Part shown: piece by piece, positions 29,025 to 43,050 of the stretch
Numbering within the stretch: the first letter of the stretch is position 1
Layout of the letters: each line of letters starts with the position of its first letter
DNA from: Antedon mediterranea
Taxonomy: Eukaryota > Animalia > Echinodermata
Reading direction: 5' to 3'
Length of the DNA stretch: 64,000 bases
NCBI RefSeq assembly: GCF_964355755.1
Contig: NC_092679.1
Span: 7,222,201 to 7,286,200, forward strand
Position numbers and translations under genes: made by a program
Notes under the pieces: generated by a model
What the model was told of the DNA's origin: nothing
Databases searched by the model: none
The model's input: the letters and a program-made list of their open reading frames with translations, nothing else

Positions 29025-30176
29025 CTAGATCGTGCCCACAGATGGTTCTCGAATACACAGTAATTTCAGCGTTAAAAAACTGGCGATTTCAAATGTACAA
29101 TAATGCAGGACAACAATATATGTCGTTTACAGGAACGATTAAATAGACACTGTGATTTATGTACTCAACTAAAATTAGCAAACTGGGAAAATGAGACCAA
29201 TTGTTTAAGTCAAATTTAAACAAACTTAATTTGTGTTTTGTATGTAACATTATGGTTGACAGATGGGGAAGAGGTTGGGTGCAAAGAGGAACAATTTTTA
29301 AATATATTCTTTATTTTGTAACGAAATATTAATTAACATGTTTTACAAATAATATACCACTAAACACAGTAAAACATTGCGATGTAATACTTTGTTGAAA
29401 CTATCACCGTCGTAGTCGATTGAAATAGTACAGTACATGTAATGATACACTACGACGTATGTTTATATATAATGTTAAACAATTTGTGAAAACCACCTCT
29501 ATTCGGGGCAAATCATAAATTCGATTTAATCGGTAATAAATATTAAATTACGGCGACTGAAAACGCTAGCTTATTATCCGTTTAAAAAAAATGATATCCA
29601 ACCTCTGCAGCACAGATTGAAAAAAAAAATGAATCGAATTTCTGTTATGAGTATACAGTACTTTCCTTTACGACGCCTGAGGGAATAGACACTTGTGGAA
29701 CGACACAGAGATTGGAATGTTCCATTCATCGCAAATCAATACATTTGTATAAACGTATATTAAATCTATCAAAATAGTATTTTTTTAAGAAAATGGGCCT
29801 GTCTTCAACATTATGATACTGTACTCGAGCTGTTCAACCGGTTTTCAGCTATTAAAAACAATTATCGTAGGAGGAGATAGGAAAATGCGAAGCCGCCTCG
29901 CATTTTTGTGGCGGGTATTTTTCAAGATGGACATCCATTAGACAGTGTATACCACGATCGGAAAACACCCCTATCTGGGGCAAATCGTTGAACCTAAATT
30001 CGTTTTAATCGTCAATAACTAATTATCTAACTTAATTTAATTAGTAAACAGGGTTACATCAGGTGGTTAAAAATCAGTACCGAAAGTACGAACCAACTTT
30101 ACATACCATCGAGTAAAAATTCTAAAAGTAAGGTGCGATTTACCGAATTTTGCCCTTACGTAAATTTATATATAGA
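29025..30176 (-). mobile_element. Full-length non-autonomous Helitron
   Basis: The minus strand starts A^TCTATATATAAA at 30176 and ends CTAG^T at 29025, i.e. inserted in an AT dinucleotide with no TSD. A homologous copy lies at 9186-9646. Confidence 0.75.
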
Positions 30177-30287
30177 TACAATAATCTCTGAATACAGTAG
30201 AATTTATTAAAAAAAAGGAGAATAGTGTATATTCATTGTAAGAACATGGTTCATATTATTCCGGCCATGAGTTCTTTTCTAAAGATT

Positions 30288-31113
30288 TTAGCAATCTGTG
30301 GGCTCTGTCATATCAACCACTATTGGTTCATGTCCAGTAGCTTTGACAAATTTAACAAAATCCGACGGCGTTATTGCCAATGTAGCGCTGTTAACCATTG
30401 GGTGGAAATGTAGATGCTTATGTTTTCCTTCCTTTAAGAAATCTGCCTCAACTACCAACTTAACCTCGCCCTTTTTGTCGTTTAAAACAGCGAGTGGTGT
30501 CACACAACCCTGGCCAACTCCAACTTTTTCTTTCAGTACACTTTCATCTGCAAAGCGTATTCCTCCGGATGCACCAAGTTTCTTGCCAAGTGTGTTTAAA
30601 TTTACCGATTGGTAGTGATGCGCAGTTATCAACCAATGATTACGTTTCTTTTTGTCCCTTACAAAGAAGTTCTTGCTTACTGCGCCCTCTAGGTTCAGTT
30701 TCTCCAAATATGGCATCATTTCATCTACAGTAAAAACCTGGAAATTAAAGGATTTTATTATTTAAGAAAAACCACAAATTAATCTTTAAAAAAAAACTTC
30801 AGTGCGCAGACTTTTGACGTTCAGAAATGGTATGGAAGATCTCTAAAAAATAAAATAAATTCTCTTTTTTTCATACAGTAGTCACCTAGAGTGAGGATGG
30901 TTTGCCTTTGTTGGAAACTAGACATTGTACTGTACATTAACTCTATCAACTATATTTTTTATGAAATTATGAATATGAGGTGTAAACAGGTGTAAACAAA
31001 TAATAATTTCATACTTCAGGATGTTCATATGTTTTTGTTACAATTCCCTCCTTCTCTAAGAATGCCATCAATTCAGCTTGTCCACTGTGTTCTGGATTAC
31101 CTTCAGCAGCCAT
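30288..31113 (-). CDS. PRORSD1: Prolyl-tRNA synthetase associated domain-containing protein 1 (PrdX/ProXp-ala, YbaK-family aminoacyl-tRNA deacylase), 2 exons
   Basis: Exons 31113-31015 and 30737-30288. Spliced protein MAAEGNPEHSGQAELMAFLEKEGIVTKTYEHPEVFTVDEMMPYL...KNFFVRDKKK...RFADE...GVGQGCVTPLAVLND...HFHPMVNSATL. Minus-strand AATAAA at 30203-30208. Confidence 0.92.
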
Positions 31114-31452
31114 TGCACAGTTTAAAAAAAATAAATATGTTTGATAAATTACAAATAGTTACTACAATTTAAATGTCTCCCTTGTTTTTGTTACGTGGAA
31201 ATCCCGCTCGGGATCTTTTTCGCTCGAGTTTCAGTGCAGAGGCAAATCAAATATACCATATCGGTATGTTAAGCGTAGTACTACATACGTCTGTATGAAA
31301 GTCTACGCAAACCGTAACGTACAACTTTTTACATAGACTTTCATACAGACGTACTGTGGTTGTTGACAATCTAAACTTACCAATATGGTATATTGTATAT
31401 ACCTGATGGCCCCTGAGTCAACAGTTGATGTAAATTTCTAAAATTCTAAAAA
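31114..31452. promoter_or_regulatory. Bidirectional promoter region shared by PRORSD1 and BROX
   Basis: Divergent ATGs only 339 bp apart, in locally CpG-richer sequence. Confidence 0.65.
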
Positions 31453-34400
31453 ATGGCTCATTGGTTTCATCGGAATCCTCTCAAAGCTTCGATTGTTTTA
31501 AGTTTTGATCTTGGAATTCAAGCGACTACTCCACTAGCAAGAAAGATATGCAAGTAGGCTCATGTTTTTTTATTATAACCTAGCCTAGGTAGGACCAGGC
31601 TAGGCCCTACAACGCTCCCCTACTACCATAACCTATCTAGCTAGGCCTAGCCGGGTCTAGTAGGCCTAGAAGAGATGACATGCCATATGATGATGACTCA
31701 TGTGTTATTTTTCAACAACACACTGCATCATAGGCCTAGGCTAGGCATAATGCTTTTTAGTTTTACCTTGTTTTTTGTCTTTATTTTAGTAACTAGCAGC
31801 CTAGATTTATGGAGCTTTTGTTTTAATTTAAATTAGGCTGTATGTTTACAGTATATTATTATAGATTTATTTTTGCTTATTAATTAATATTATAAATATT
31901 TGTATTATTTATACAGTCTAGGACTTTAATGTAAACGGTACTGCTACTGCACTTTCTTTCAATAACAGGTAGCTAAAGAGGAGAGTTGCGTTCCCCCTTT
32001 TTTTTTTATTTAACTGCTTTCTTTAATATTGTAATTAATATTTTTCATTTATAGTTTGCTTTGCTTTTTGCATCTTCTTTTAGTGAAACACGAGATGCTA
32101 GAGCTGCCCTTATGCAGCTTCTACCAGACCCAGGCAACGAGGTAACAACCATCCAAAATGCTACAGAAAAGTACCTATCCTTACTTGAAGGGTTTATTGT
32201 TGCCCCTCAAGGCAGTTCACAAGCATCATCTCCCCCACCACAACTAGAACCTACCCCTGAGGGTGAAATGAGCATGGAGGAAGGAGGTGCCATGAATGAG
32301 CCTAGCGGAGGGTTTGACGGAGAAAGTAAACTAAGACATGCATTTAGGATTAAGTGGTCCAACACATTGATATCAAAACTTGTGTAAGTTTTTTGTGACA
32401 TATATTTAAAACTACAAATATTATGATTCATCATCATCATTGTCATCATCTTCTTCGAATCCATCCATCCATCCATCCACCGCTTTCCATCCATCCATCC
32501 CCTTTCATCTATCCCCTCCTTTCCACACATGTGGCATCCATCTTTTCCATTCCTTTTAAATTCTCATACACATTGTATTATTATTTTCTTTTCAGAGAAC
32601 AAAACGATTTAGTGTTTGAGAAGATTAGTATTTTGTATAATGTTGCTCTATGGTATACTAAGCATGCAGCTAAACTTGCTGGAAGCAAACAGGAGTAAGT
32701 CAACATTTAATGTTAATAATTTAATATTAAATTGTAATATTACACATTACAATGCTGTGAGTATCAGTGGCCGGATCTCAATGAGATAAAACAGTTTAAA
32801 GCAGCCAGAAAGAAATTGCAGAGCTTTTGGGTAACACTAGCCCTTCCTTAGTGAAAGGCCAATTAAAGGGGGGTTCCGGGTTTAAAATGAATAGTAAAAA
32901 ATGTAAAATATATTGGTTTGTCTCTTGAACGGTAAAAGTTTCAATTTATATAAGCGCCCAGTGAAGCAGAACGAAGGCTGTGAAATGAGGCCAGATTACA
33001 AGTGCAGCTACGGCAAAATCACACTGTGGTTACAGAATAGGAAATTCGTGAAATGGTCAATCTTCCGACGACTCGTTATCATTAACCATATCAATTACTT
33101 TTGTAAAATTATACTTATCTGATGTAATTTTAGTCGGTCTTCCCATTTATAAAGTCAATTTTCTATGAAAATCCATCAAAACAGTGAAAAATTAGATAAG
33201 TTTGCACTTTACGTTTGCCGATTTTCGCACTGACTTAGGGAAAGCCTTCAAAATCAATGAAGCGTAACGTATACATTCCTGCTGAGCGAGGAGAGCGAGA
33301 CGACGATACACGTGCTCTCTCTGCCCATGCCTGGCATCGTCACGTGATAAGCAGATACAGTATACAATACCAAACTGGTCGGGTCGAGTATACCCCGTCT
33401 ATAATCACAACATGAACGATGTACAGTATTTGATTGAAGGTCGACTCAACCTACCGGAATGGTATAGATAATATAGCTCGAATGAGAGAGTTGGAATATT
33501 TGCAAACATAAGTACAGTATTGCTAATTTTAACAAGTGTAGCCTATAGTAAAAGGCCTGGTAGTATCAATTCGCATAGGGTCTACTACACTAGCTAGCTC
33601 AATTTTTAACTGGGCCGGATCGGCTAGGCTAGGCCTCCTTCCTACTACCGGTCTACTTGCTTGATGCAGTATCCGCTTTTTTGGAGAGTAAACTAGGCCT
33701 ACTTATTAGACGATCGGGACACCATACGTGCGGACGGCGATCGGACCTTGTTTTGCTTCAATATTTACAGCCGATTTTTGTAGAACGTTTTAGGTTTAGA
33801 TTGTTTAGGAGTTTGGTTGATAGGATGGGTTTGGAATCCACTGAGTTTTGTTATTGATGGGCCAATCGTTTAGTAATAGGCTAGCTAGGCCTATGAATAA
33901 TGGTCCCAAAGTTTTAACGTAGCCATCGTGGCATGGAATCCCTAGTCAGAAATGGCTCTCACCCCGGCATGAATAAAATGATTTAGGCTAGGCCTAGCCT
34001 AGTACGTGAAGCCGATATACGATCTGTACTATTAATTCGAGGTATAAAAATAGTATAATTTATGACTCCGTAATCTGAACTAAATTTTGTATTTCATTAA
34101 ATGTCAAATAAATATATGCTACTACTGTTATTATTACATTTTAGGCCTAGCTTAGCAAATCTACAAAAAATGTATTTCACAATGATCGGGTGGTCGTCGT
34201 TTGACAGAGGAGAGAGAACACAACGTACAAGCTTGACGTCGCGAGTTTGTAATCCACTGATGACGTGATTTTGTGAATATCTCATGAATATTAATGAGCT
34301 TCCCCAAGCTGCTGAAAAACAGACTTTCCCTGAATTTACCCTAAAATGTATATGAAATTTAATTTTTTTAATTTCTCGTTATTACTTCTTCATTCTGACA

Positions 34401-37400
34401 TGTCTATATTGTTATAATATTTTTTATTTAATAAATAAACGATATTTAAAAGCAATTTTAAACCCAGAATCCCCCTTTAAAATACCTGTACAGGGAAACT
34501 TTTTTTTAATGAATTACTTTATACAGGTTTTTAAATCAGAACAACTAGCTTTAATGTAAGCTTAAATGGGGTTTCCTTTTTTTAAGGGTTGAAGAAGATG
34601 AGGCTAAAGAAGTTCACAGAGCACTGCGAACTGCTGCTGGAATATTTAAGCATATAGAGGTATATTGACAACATTGTTTTGTGTCATTTTATCATCAAAA
34701 CCATTGAGAACCTGGGTGAAAAATTCTAGAGAGCAAAGGCAGAGTAGAAAGGAATTGGTCACCCTACGACACAATGCCAACGTTTCTAACAGCTCATTCC
34801 CTATGTTTACAATTAACTCACCTTTTATAATGTTTTGTTTAGGAAAGTCTTGTACCACAATTAAAAGAAGAGGGTGTTGCCATTTCTGATCTGGATACCA
34901 GAATATTGAGTGCATATACTTTACAATGTACAGCTGAAGCACAGGAAGGTATACTGTGATGACATCATTTAACACAAGGGTTTTCAACAGAGAGTGTGGA
35001 TGGGACTCACTAAAGCTTGTCGTATGACTTTGGAGAATATTAATCAAATTGTTAACATTTTAAGCAAAAACTCTTTCTCATCGCATCGCAATCGCAGACC
35101 ACCTGTTGAGAACCCTTCCGAAATTAATAATTTAATATTATTTGATGTATAGAGGGTATGATGGCCCAATGGTAAGGAACCCTAGAAGGAGGTTGACACC
35201 TGCCATTTCTTTCTTTATTTATCAATCAAAGCCCAGATCAATACATTTTTCTCTAGGACCATGGATGCACAGTGCATACAACAATATAGGCAATAAAAAA
35301 GACACATGCAAATACAGATAATCTTTGGTCCTTGATCCTTTTAATTTTGAAAAGGTCCTAATCCTGCCTTAACAATAATGAATATAACATAATAATTGGT
35401 TATTCTAAAATGCTATACACTAGATATGTGTACACATACAAAATTTAGATTAGTTATCTCTAAATGAAAATTAAAATTGTTTTCTTGCAAGCATTCAGTA
35501 GGAGCCTAAGTAATCAAATGACTAGACTTCATTAATCAATGAATTTACAATTTATTGTGCAGAGTAGTTAAGGTTTTAAGTTTCAAGATTTTCAAGAAAA
35601 TTAATGATAGAGATAGAGCAACACAGTAGAATGTGTCTCAGTTGTGCATTTAAATACAAGTGTACTGAAATTGTATGCTTTTTCAAACAGATAGCAAATA
35701 TTGATTACATTCAACAAGAGTATTTTATCTCGGTAGCTTTATGCTAAATGTATCATTTTCATCCCAAACTAAAAATGAAATAATTATAATAATGGACTTA
35801 TAACAGGTTAGTAACAACAGTCTTAACTTAATATTTATAATTCTCACTCCTGAGGATGATCGAAGAATATTGATAGAAATGTTGAGAAATTCAACAATTC
35901 TTTTCAACAAACTATATCTCAACATAATATCTAAACCCTTATTAGAACTACATACGTTGTGTGCCACAAACTATATCTCAACATAATATCTAAACCCTTA
36001 TTAGAACTACATACGTTGTGTGCCACAAACTATATCTCAACATAATATCTAAACCCTTATTAGAACTACATACGTTGTGTGCCACAAACTATATCTCAAC
36101 ATAATATCTAACCCCTTATTAGAACTACATACGTTGTGTGCCACAAACTATATCTCAACATAATATCTAAACCCTTATTAGAACTACATACGTTGTGTGC
36201 TGCAAACTATATCTCAACATAATCTCTAAACCCTTATTAGAACTACATACGTTGTGTGCTGCAAACTATATCTCAACATAATCTCTAAACCCTTATTAGA
36301 ACTACATACGTTGTGTGCTGCAAACTACATCTCAACATAATCTCTAAACCCTTATTAGAACTACATACGTTGTGTGCTGCAAACTATATCTCAACATAAT
36401 CTCTAAACCCTTATTAGAACTACATACGTTGTGTGCTGCAAACTATATCTCAACATAATCTCTAACCCCTTATTAGAACTACATACGTTGTGTGCCGCAA
36501 ACTATATCTCAACATAATATCTAAACCCTTATTAGAACTACATACGTTGTGTGCCGCAAACTATATCTCAACATAATATCTAAACCCTTATTAGAACTAC
36601 ATACGTTGTGTGCCACAAACTATATCTCAACATAATATCTAAACCCTTATTAGAACTACATACGTTGTGTGCCGCAAACTATATCTCAACATAATATCTA
36701 AACCCTTATTAGAACTACATACGTTGTGTGCCACAAACTATATCTCAACATAATATCTAAACCCTTATTAGAACTACATACGTTGTGTGCCACAAACTAT
36801 ATCTCAACATAATATCTAAACCCTTATTAGAACTACATACGTTGTGTGCTGCAAACTATATCTCAACATAATATCTAAACCCTTATTAGAACTACATACG
36901 TTGTGTGCCGCAAACTATATCTCAACATAATATCTAAACCCTTATTAGAACTACATACGTTGTGTGCTGCAAACTATATCTCAACATAATATCTAAACCC
37001 TTATTAGAACTACATACGTTGTGTGCCACAAACTATATCTCAACATAATCTCTAAACCCTTATTGTATAAAACAAATGTTAATTTAATCAAATATTTAAA
37101 AAAAGAAAAGTATGATACAAGAAATACATATGTATTTACAAGACAGCCTAGTACAGTAGTATTATACTTAACCAGACCTAATACTAATATCATTTACCAA
37201 GATTTTCATTAATTCATTATTCATATTAATTTTTGTTACAGTAACCTTAGCTAGAGCGATTGAATTGGAACACAGTGCAAGTTTAATCTCGGCCCTAGCT
37301 CATGAGACTGCAAGATTGTTTCAAAAAGCGCGAGACTCGCTTAAAAGTATAGAAGATCCGGCCGTCACAAAGTGGAGCCTTTATTTTAATCTTAAATTCG

Positions 37401-40400
37401 CTTTTTATCTCTCATACGTAAGTAGTGTACTTGATATCTATACTTTAGATTACATTATTAATTGTTCTGCTATTTATGTTTATTCTTACCATTTGATTGG
37501 TTAATTACGTATCATGTGTTTTTCAGTATTAGTATGGTGAAGTACCGGGATAAAACCACCTTATTAAAAACATTTTAAAATTTAACTCAAGAAAATATTC
37601 TCCCCAGTCACTCCATAAACATGCATTAGCAAGACAATACATTTTGTCTTTGGCTGGCCCACTAGTTTTCAGTTTTCTCAGACAATCGCCCAAAGTTGTA
37701 ATATTTTGATAAATTATTGTAGGCTCATTGTTACAATTGTAAAGTGTTGCTGAATAAGGAAAAGTGTGGTGAAGCCATTCGTTCAGTCAAAGAAAGTGAT
37801 ACGTGTAAGTAAATGTATCATTTAAATAATAATGACAATTAAAACACACAGTAATTAACACTAAAATTACAATATAACCTAACCAGTAGAAGTAAAATAA
37901 ATTAGACCTACGGTGAAAATGAGCAATGTCATTTTAGTGAACTGTTTCTTACTGTTACTAACATTTGTGAAACGTCGTTTCTTGTGTACTGTTATGTGTG
38001 TAAATGTAATGTGTATTTTAGTGTATTATGTAATGTAAGTCTATTTGTGCCTAGCTTACCTGGATAAACCAACATTTGCTTGTTTATCTCTGAAAAGAGC
38101 ACTACAACTGTAATCAAACTCTATCAGACAATCTTGGATTGTTCAAATAGTTTATTTCTTTTCTTACAGTTTATGAAAAGTGTAAAATAGTGTGTGAAGA
38201 ATATGCTAAAGCAAAAGGCCCAGGAACAATAGCAAAGCCTGAACAACACTTGTTCTTTAGAAGGTTTGGTCCAGATGTGAAAAGAACATTGGAAAAAGTT
38301 GAAAGAGAAAATTCTTTTATGTAAGTAACCTCGTTTTAGACATCTCAAAGAAATAAGAATTTTAAAAAATGTAATAAATTGGTTTTGAATCGGTTATCTG
38401 TTGACTATAGTAATGGAATAGGTTTAAAATTAAATGCCTAATATAAAAATATTTGATTTTTGAATGCAAAATATTAACATGTGTTTTTATGGATTGTGGG
38501 TAATGATGCTGCATTGTGGGTACATCTTTGAAAATTCTGAAAACTTCTTTCTCTCTAGATTTTATCAGAAGATCCCAGAAGAAGTACCAGAGCTTGAATT
38601 AAAAGCTACTTATGGACTAGCTAGTCCACAGGAGTATGCCCCCACAGGCCTAAACCAAAATTGGACTCCTCAAATCTACGATGGATTCCACATGTCTGCC
38701 AATTCCGCTCCTGCTCAGGTAATTTCTATAAATTTTACAGAAATCGTAAATTCACTAAAGAATTGTGTCTCTCTTTTTACTGGAAATGCATGCAATGGTA
38801 AATTAATTGCTAACCATTTATGTAAATTGGTGGTACTCACTTTGTTTTAAAGGAAAAATAAAGGATTTAATATTTGGTAAAAAGTATATATATTAAACTA
38901 AAATAAATAAAATTCAAAATTTGTATAAAAAACAGTCAAATTTGTTTCAGTAATTCGGTAGTTCAAACTGAGTTTCCCCAAAAAATTAAACGCGAGCGTG
39001 CTATGCCAGAACATCGAACGTTTAGAAAGGCTACACTGTTGCGTTTTTCAAGGACGCTAAATAATGATACCAATCTTCAGTAAGATTGGCCTAGAATTTT
39101 AGCTAGCAAAACTACTTCAGGATGCGTACAACCCATTTGACTAACCAGCAGTCAAATTTGTTGAGTAGTAGTAGTAAGTAGTTCAAACTGATTTTCCCCA
39201 GAAAATTAAATGGGACTTGTTTTAATGAAAAAAGTGCATTTTGAAGATTGGCCTTTCGTGTAATGGTTTAAGATTTTGAAGACTTCGGAACGGTAGATAA
39301 ATTGTGAAATGATTAATAGACCTTAGACAAAGCTTTCTACTAATGCAAGTAATAAGCATCTTGAAAGTCAGTTTTATTGTTCCTTGTCATGAACAATAAA
39401 AGCACTTGTTCCTGCTCAATCACAACTGTACTTTAGCTTATAGTGTAATGTACTTGGCTTTACTAACAACACATCTCACATAACATCAGCCCAATTGACA
39501 TTACTACTCCATTTATGAAAATAAAACTGCTTTTAAATTCAGTTTTTATTCCACTTAAGGTGAGTTTTGGCATCAGAATTGTTTGTATGCAGAAGTAATT
39601 AATATATTAATTCCTAATAGCAGTACTTTGGGTCAAATGAATGTGTTTGTCATTAGACTTCAGAGAACTGAGCATTGAATAAAATGCTGTAAAATTGGGT
39701 TAATTAGCCTATTGATACGAAGTATAATTGTATAATTGTTTATAATGTCTCACTTGATAGAGGCATTTTTGTAATAGGTTAATTTACTAAATGGGCATTG
39801 GCATTCAAAAAATTATTTGCTCATTTTGGGAATTCTTTGATTTACCGGTATTTGCTATGATTAGGTTACATCAAACAAGCACCAAATAACAACAAGTTGC
39901 TTCAACCTGTTTGTCTCTCAGTCATTTGAGTCTTCCGCTAGTGTACTAAAGGTTACGATCTTTAAGAGGTTTTATTTTAAATCCTTCCTAAGATTATTCC
40001 AGATTAGATCTAGTTCAAAAATATCCTTGTAAGTAAGTCTTAGTTAATTAGACTTTGAAAACAAGCCTTATTGCTAGTCACAGGAATTTTGTAGTACTGA
40101 CCATTTCTAATCAACAAACAAATAATAATATACTGTGTTCATGTGAGCCTAGCTGATGATATACAACTATTTCCACAGGCGAGACATTCAAGCCAGCAGT
40201 CTGAAGAGAGAACAACATGACATGTGAGAGAGGCATAACAAATATTGTTGTATAGCTTACTAATAATAGTAACTATGGTAGTGGTCTAATCATATTCACT
40301 AATGTATAAGTATAGTATGGTATGCAAGGCATTAATACATTTCTTTGTGTAATATAAAGTTAAACAATTTTTTAGCTAGGGCTACTAAATTCCTGGAATT

Positions 40401-41449
40401 CTCACTCTTGCCTGTTGCATTCACACCAGATCCAAGTTTGTTCAAACCAAATTGATGTTTAGAAGCCTTTAAGAGGAGAAAAATCTGATTTATAATTTAA
40501 TAATGCTGTCATTTTCTTGTGGATTAATGTTTCTGGTATTCCATTTACAGACTCAAAATGATGAGGATGAATTCCCTGGTGTAAATTTATTTAATAATTT
40601 TCTAAATTTTTGGGGGTTTTCGGTAAGTAACGAAAAATGTTTTGGTATTGGGATATGTATAGAGAGATTAGTACAATTTGTATTATTAACTCCAAGCTAA
40701 TAATTATACAGTAGAGATTAGGCTAGTGTTGAATCGTAATTCTAATTAATCAAATACTTTATTATTATTAACCAACATGTTTTTTTCTGTTCTGTAAGTT
40801 GTACTTTTATGGTTGTTCTTCTCTGAACAATACACTTATAAAATGTGTGTTCTCTCCTATCTAATCTACTTTGGTCATGTGATCTACGTACACTAATCAG
40901 GTTACTGAACACTTTACAACAACAAAAGAAGACTCATTTTATGGATTTATTGATGTTTAACTTTTTACTTTTATTATACTCTGTAAAAATAATTTGAGGT
41001 GTTAATATTTCAGTATAAAGTACAACCCCTATTAAAGGGACACCTTTGGGACCCAAAAAAGTGTCCCTTTAATAGAGTGGTTCTGCTGTAGTAACAAAAG
41101 GATACAGTTAACACAATTAAAGAACTAATGTCAGTGTTTATGTGGTCACCTTTGAATTACAGGTTCTTAGGTTCTAATCCTGTATAAGTCTTTTTTCATC
41201 CAACACTATTATTTCAAGTTTCAAAACTTAGAATGTCTTTAGAGCTCATTGGACATGCTTAAGTCAATACATAACTCGTTTTTTTCTTTTCCTTTTAATA
41301 ATCACGCTTTATTATATTATTATTATTATTATTAACAATTTACTTTGTTTTTCTTTTAGAAGGATGAGAATGTTACTCCTATTAAAGAGAAGGACATCAA
41401 ACCAACGGATAAGGATCCTAAAAACAACAGTGGCTGTGTCGTCTCTTAA
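31453..41449 (+). CDS. BROX: BRO1 domain- and CAAX motif-containing protein, 10 core exons
   Basis: Exons: 31453-31553, 32084-32383, 32596-32694, 34587-34659, 34843-34948, 37242-37417, 37723-37804, 38170-38320, 38559-38718, 41360-41449. Motifs MAHWFHRNPLKA, NVALWYTKHAAKLAG, EDEAKEVHRAL, QCTAEAQEVTLARAIEL, KGPGTIAKP, ELKATYGL and the C-terminal CaaX CVVS-stop. Confidence 0.95.
32425..32510. repeat. (CAT)n/(CCAT)n microsatellite in BROX intron 2
   Basis: Directly visible simple repeats. Confidence 0.75.
32867..34476. mobile_element. Non-autonomous Kolobok-like DNA transposon (1.6 kb) in BROX intron 3
   Basis: TTAA duplication at 32863-32866 and 34477-34480. 22-bp TIR AGGGGGGTTCCGGGTTTAAAAT with 2 mismatches. 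The purine-starting termini fit Kolobok rather than piggyBac. No transposase ORF. Confidence 0.8.
35908..37063. repeat. Tandem array, 59-bp unit, ~19-20 copies, in BROX intron 5
   Basis: Unit CAAACTATATCTCAACATAATATCTAAACCCTTATTAGAACTACATACGTTGTGTGCCA. Confidence 0.96.
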
Positions 41450-43050
41450 ATCATCAAAACGTTAGCACCACCAAAGTTTCACCACACTTGATAACAGCCC
41501 TATCATCACTATCATTACCACACTCATCCCAACCCTTATCAATGCCTCATCACCCTTATCACCGCCTCTTATCACCAGCCTCATCTCATTCTAATCACCA
41601 CCATCAATGTCATCATCTTCGTCATACGTTGTAGAGTGAACTTCAAGTTAGTCCCACTTCAAGACGTATCTTTTACCATTTTCAGCAATTTAAACTGAAC
41701 AGAGTACCAAAATTCAGTATAATAATAAAGTTATGTAAATATATTGATGATATAAATTAGTTTAATAAGGTAATTATATAAAATGATTGGTACACTAAGA
41801 ATTTATTATTGTAAAGATTTATTTATTTAAAAAAAAATTATAATCATGACCTGTATATAGTTTATTTTAAGTAGCAGGGGTAGACTCATATTTAGATAAT
41901 AAGAAGCTTAACAAAGATAAAACTAAACTTTGTTGTTCAGACCTTAAATGGCAAAAGCAGAATATTTGTTTTTAAATAGAAGAATTAGGAAAGGATAGTA
42001 CATTTAGGCACCATGCACAATAGGGGTAAGTTATTCATACAAATTTTTATCAGAAACTGTGTATAATAGTTAAATATTTAACAGAATTGTGTTTTTCTTG
42101 TTTAAACTTGTAAAAAATGAATAACTATAATACTTAATAGATTTACCCGTTATAGATTATATTTATAGTTTTTAATATGTATTCCTCAAATATAAAAATT
42201 ATTATTGTAATATATAAATAAACAGGCCACTAATACCAATTACTAGTTCACTTCTAATTATCTATCTCTATCTATATCCTGTGTTTAAAACTGTTGGTTT
42301 TGGTTAATATTTATGCTAAGCATATTTATCAGATTTGTCCAAATTGTTAAGAGCCTATAAACTGTCATAATAAATATATAATTGAAATGTTAGACCTCTA
42401 CAGAGGCAGGACCAGGTTTTGTTAATGGAGGGGTACTGAAGATATAGACCTGGTGTAATATAGTCAGTTAGAAGACATCAAGGAAATAGTTCATTATTAA
42501 TATTTTAGCTCTCAAAGGGGGATCACGCACCCTAGAGCTACACCACTGGATTTTCTCTTACTCTATTTGCATCTTTTTTCTAAACCATGAGCTTTAAATC
42601 TTTACCCGAGGACTAACATCAAGTTAGCATGTGTCAACTATTAAAATGATTTTAAATTCCAGTTCTAAGAACACATCTGTAATTCTTAACATATTTATGT
42701 AATAAAAACAGGCTAATTTAATTCATTTAAGAAGCAACAAAAACATGATTGTTCTTCAATGAATAAATAAAAACCTACAAATTTGAAATTTTTTAGATGA
42801 AATTAAAATAACAATAGATGCACTGATTCAATATTGATTGCAATAATATTTGTAATCATATTATTATTGTTTAGTAATTGTACAAGTGCTAAATTAGAAC
42901 ATTGTTCTTAACTTTCTTAAATAAATTAAAAAAAGTAACAATTCAGTAAATAGCATGTCTCACATTTATTTGAATATTGCTATTTTATTTTGATTGAAAT
43001 ATAAAATTGATCATATCATAACGTTTGTTATTGTCAACATGATCACATTT

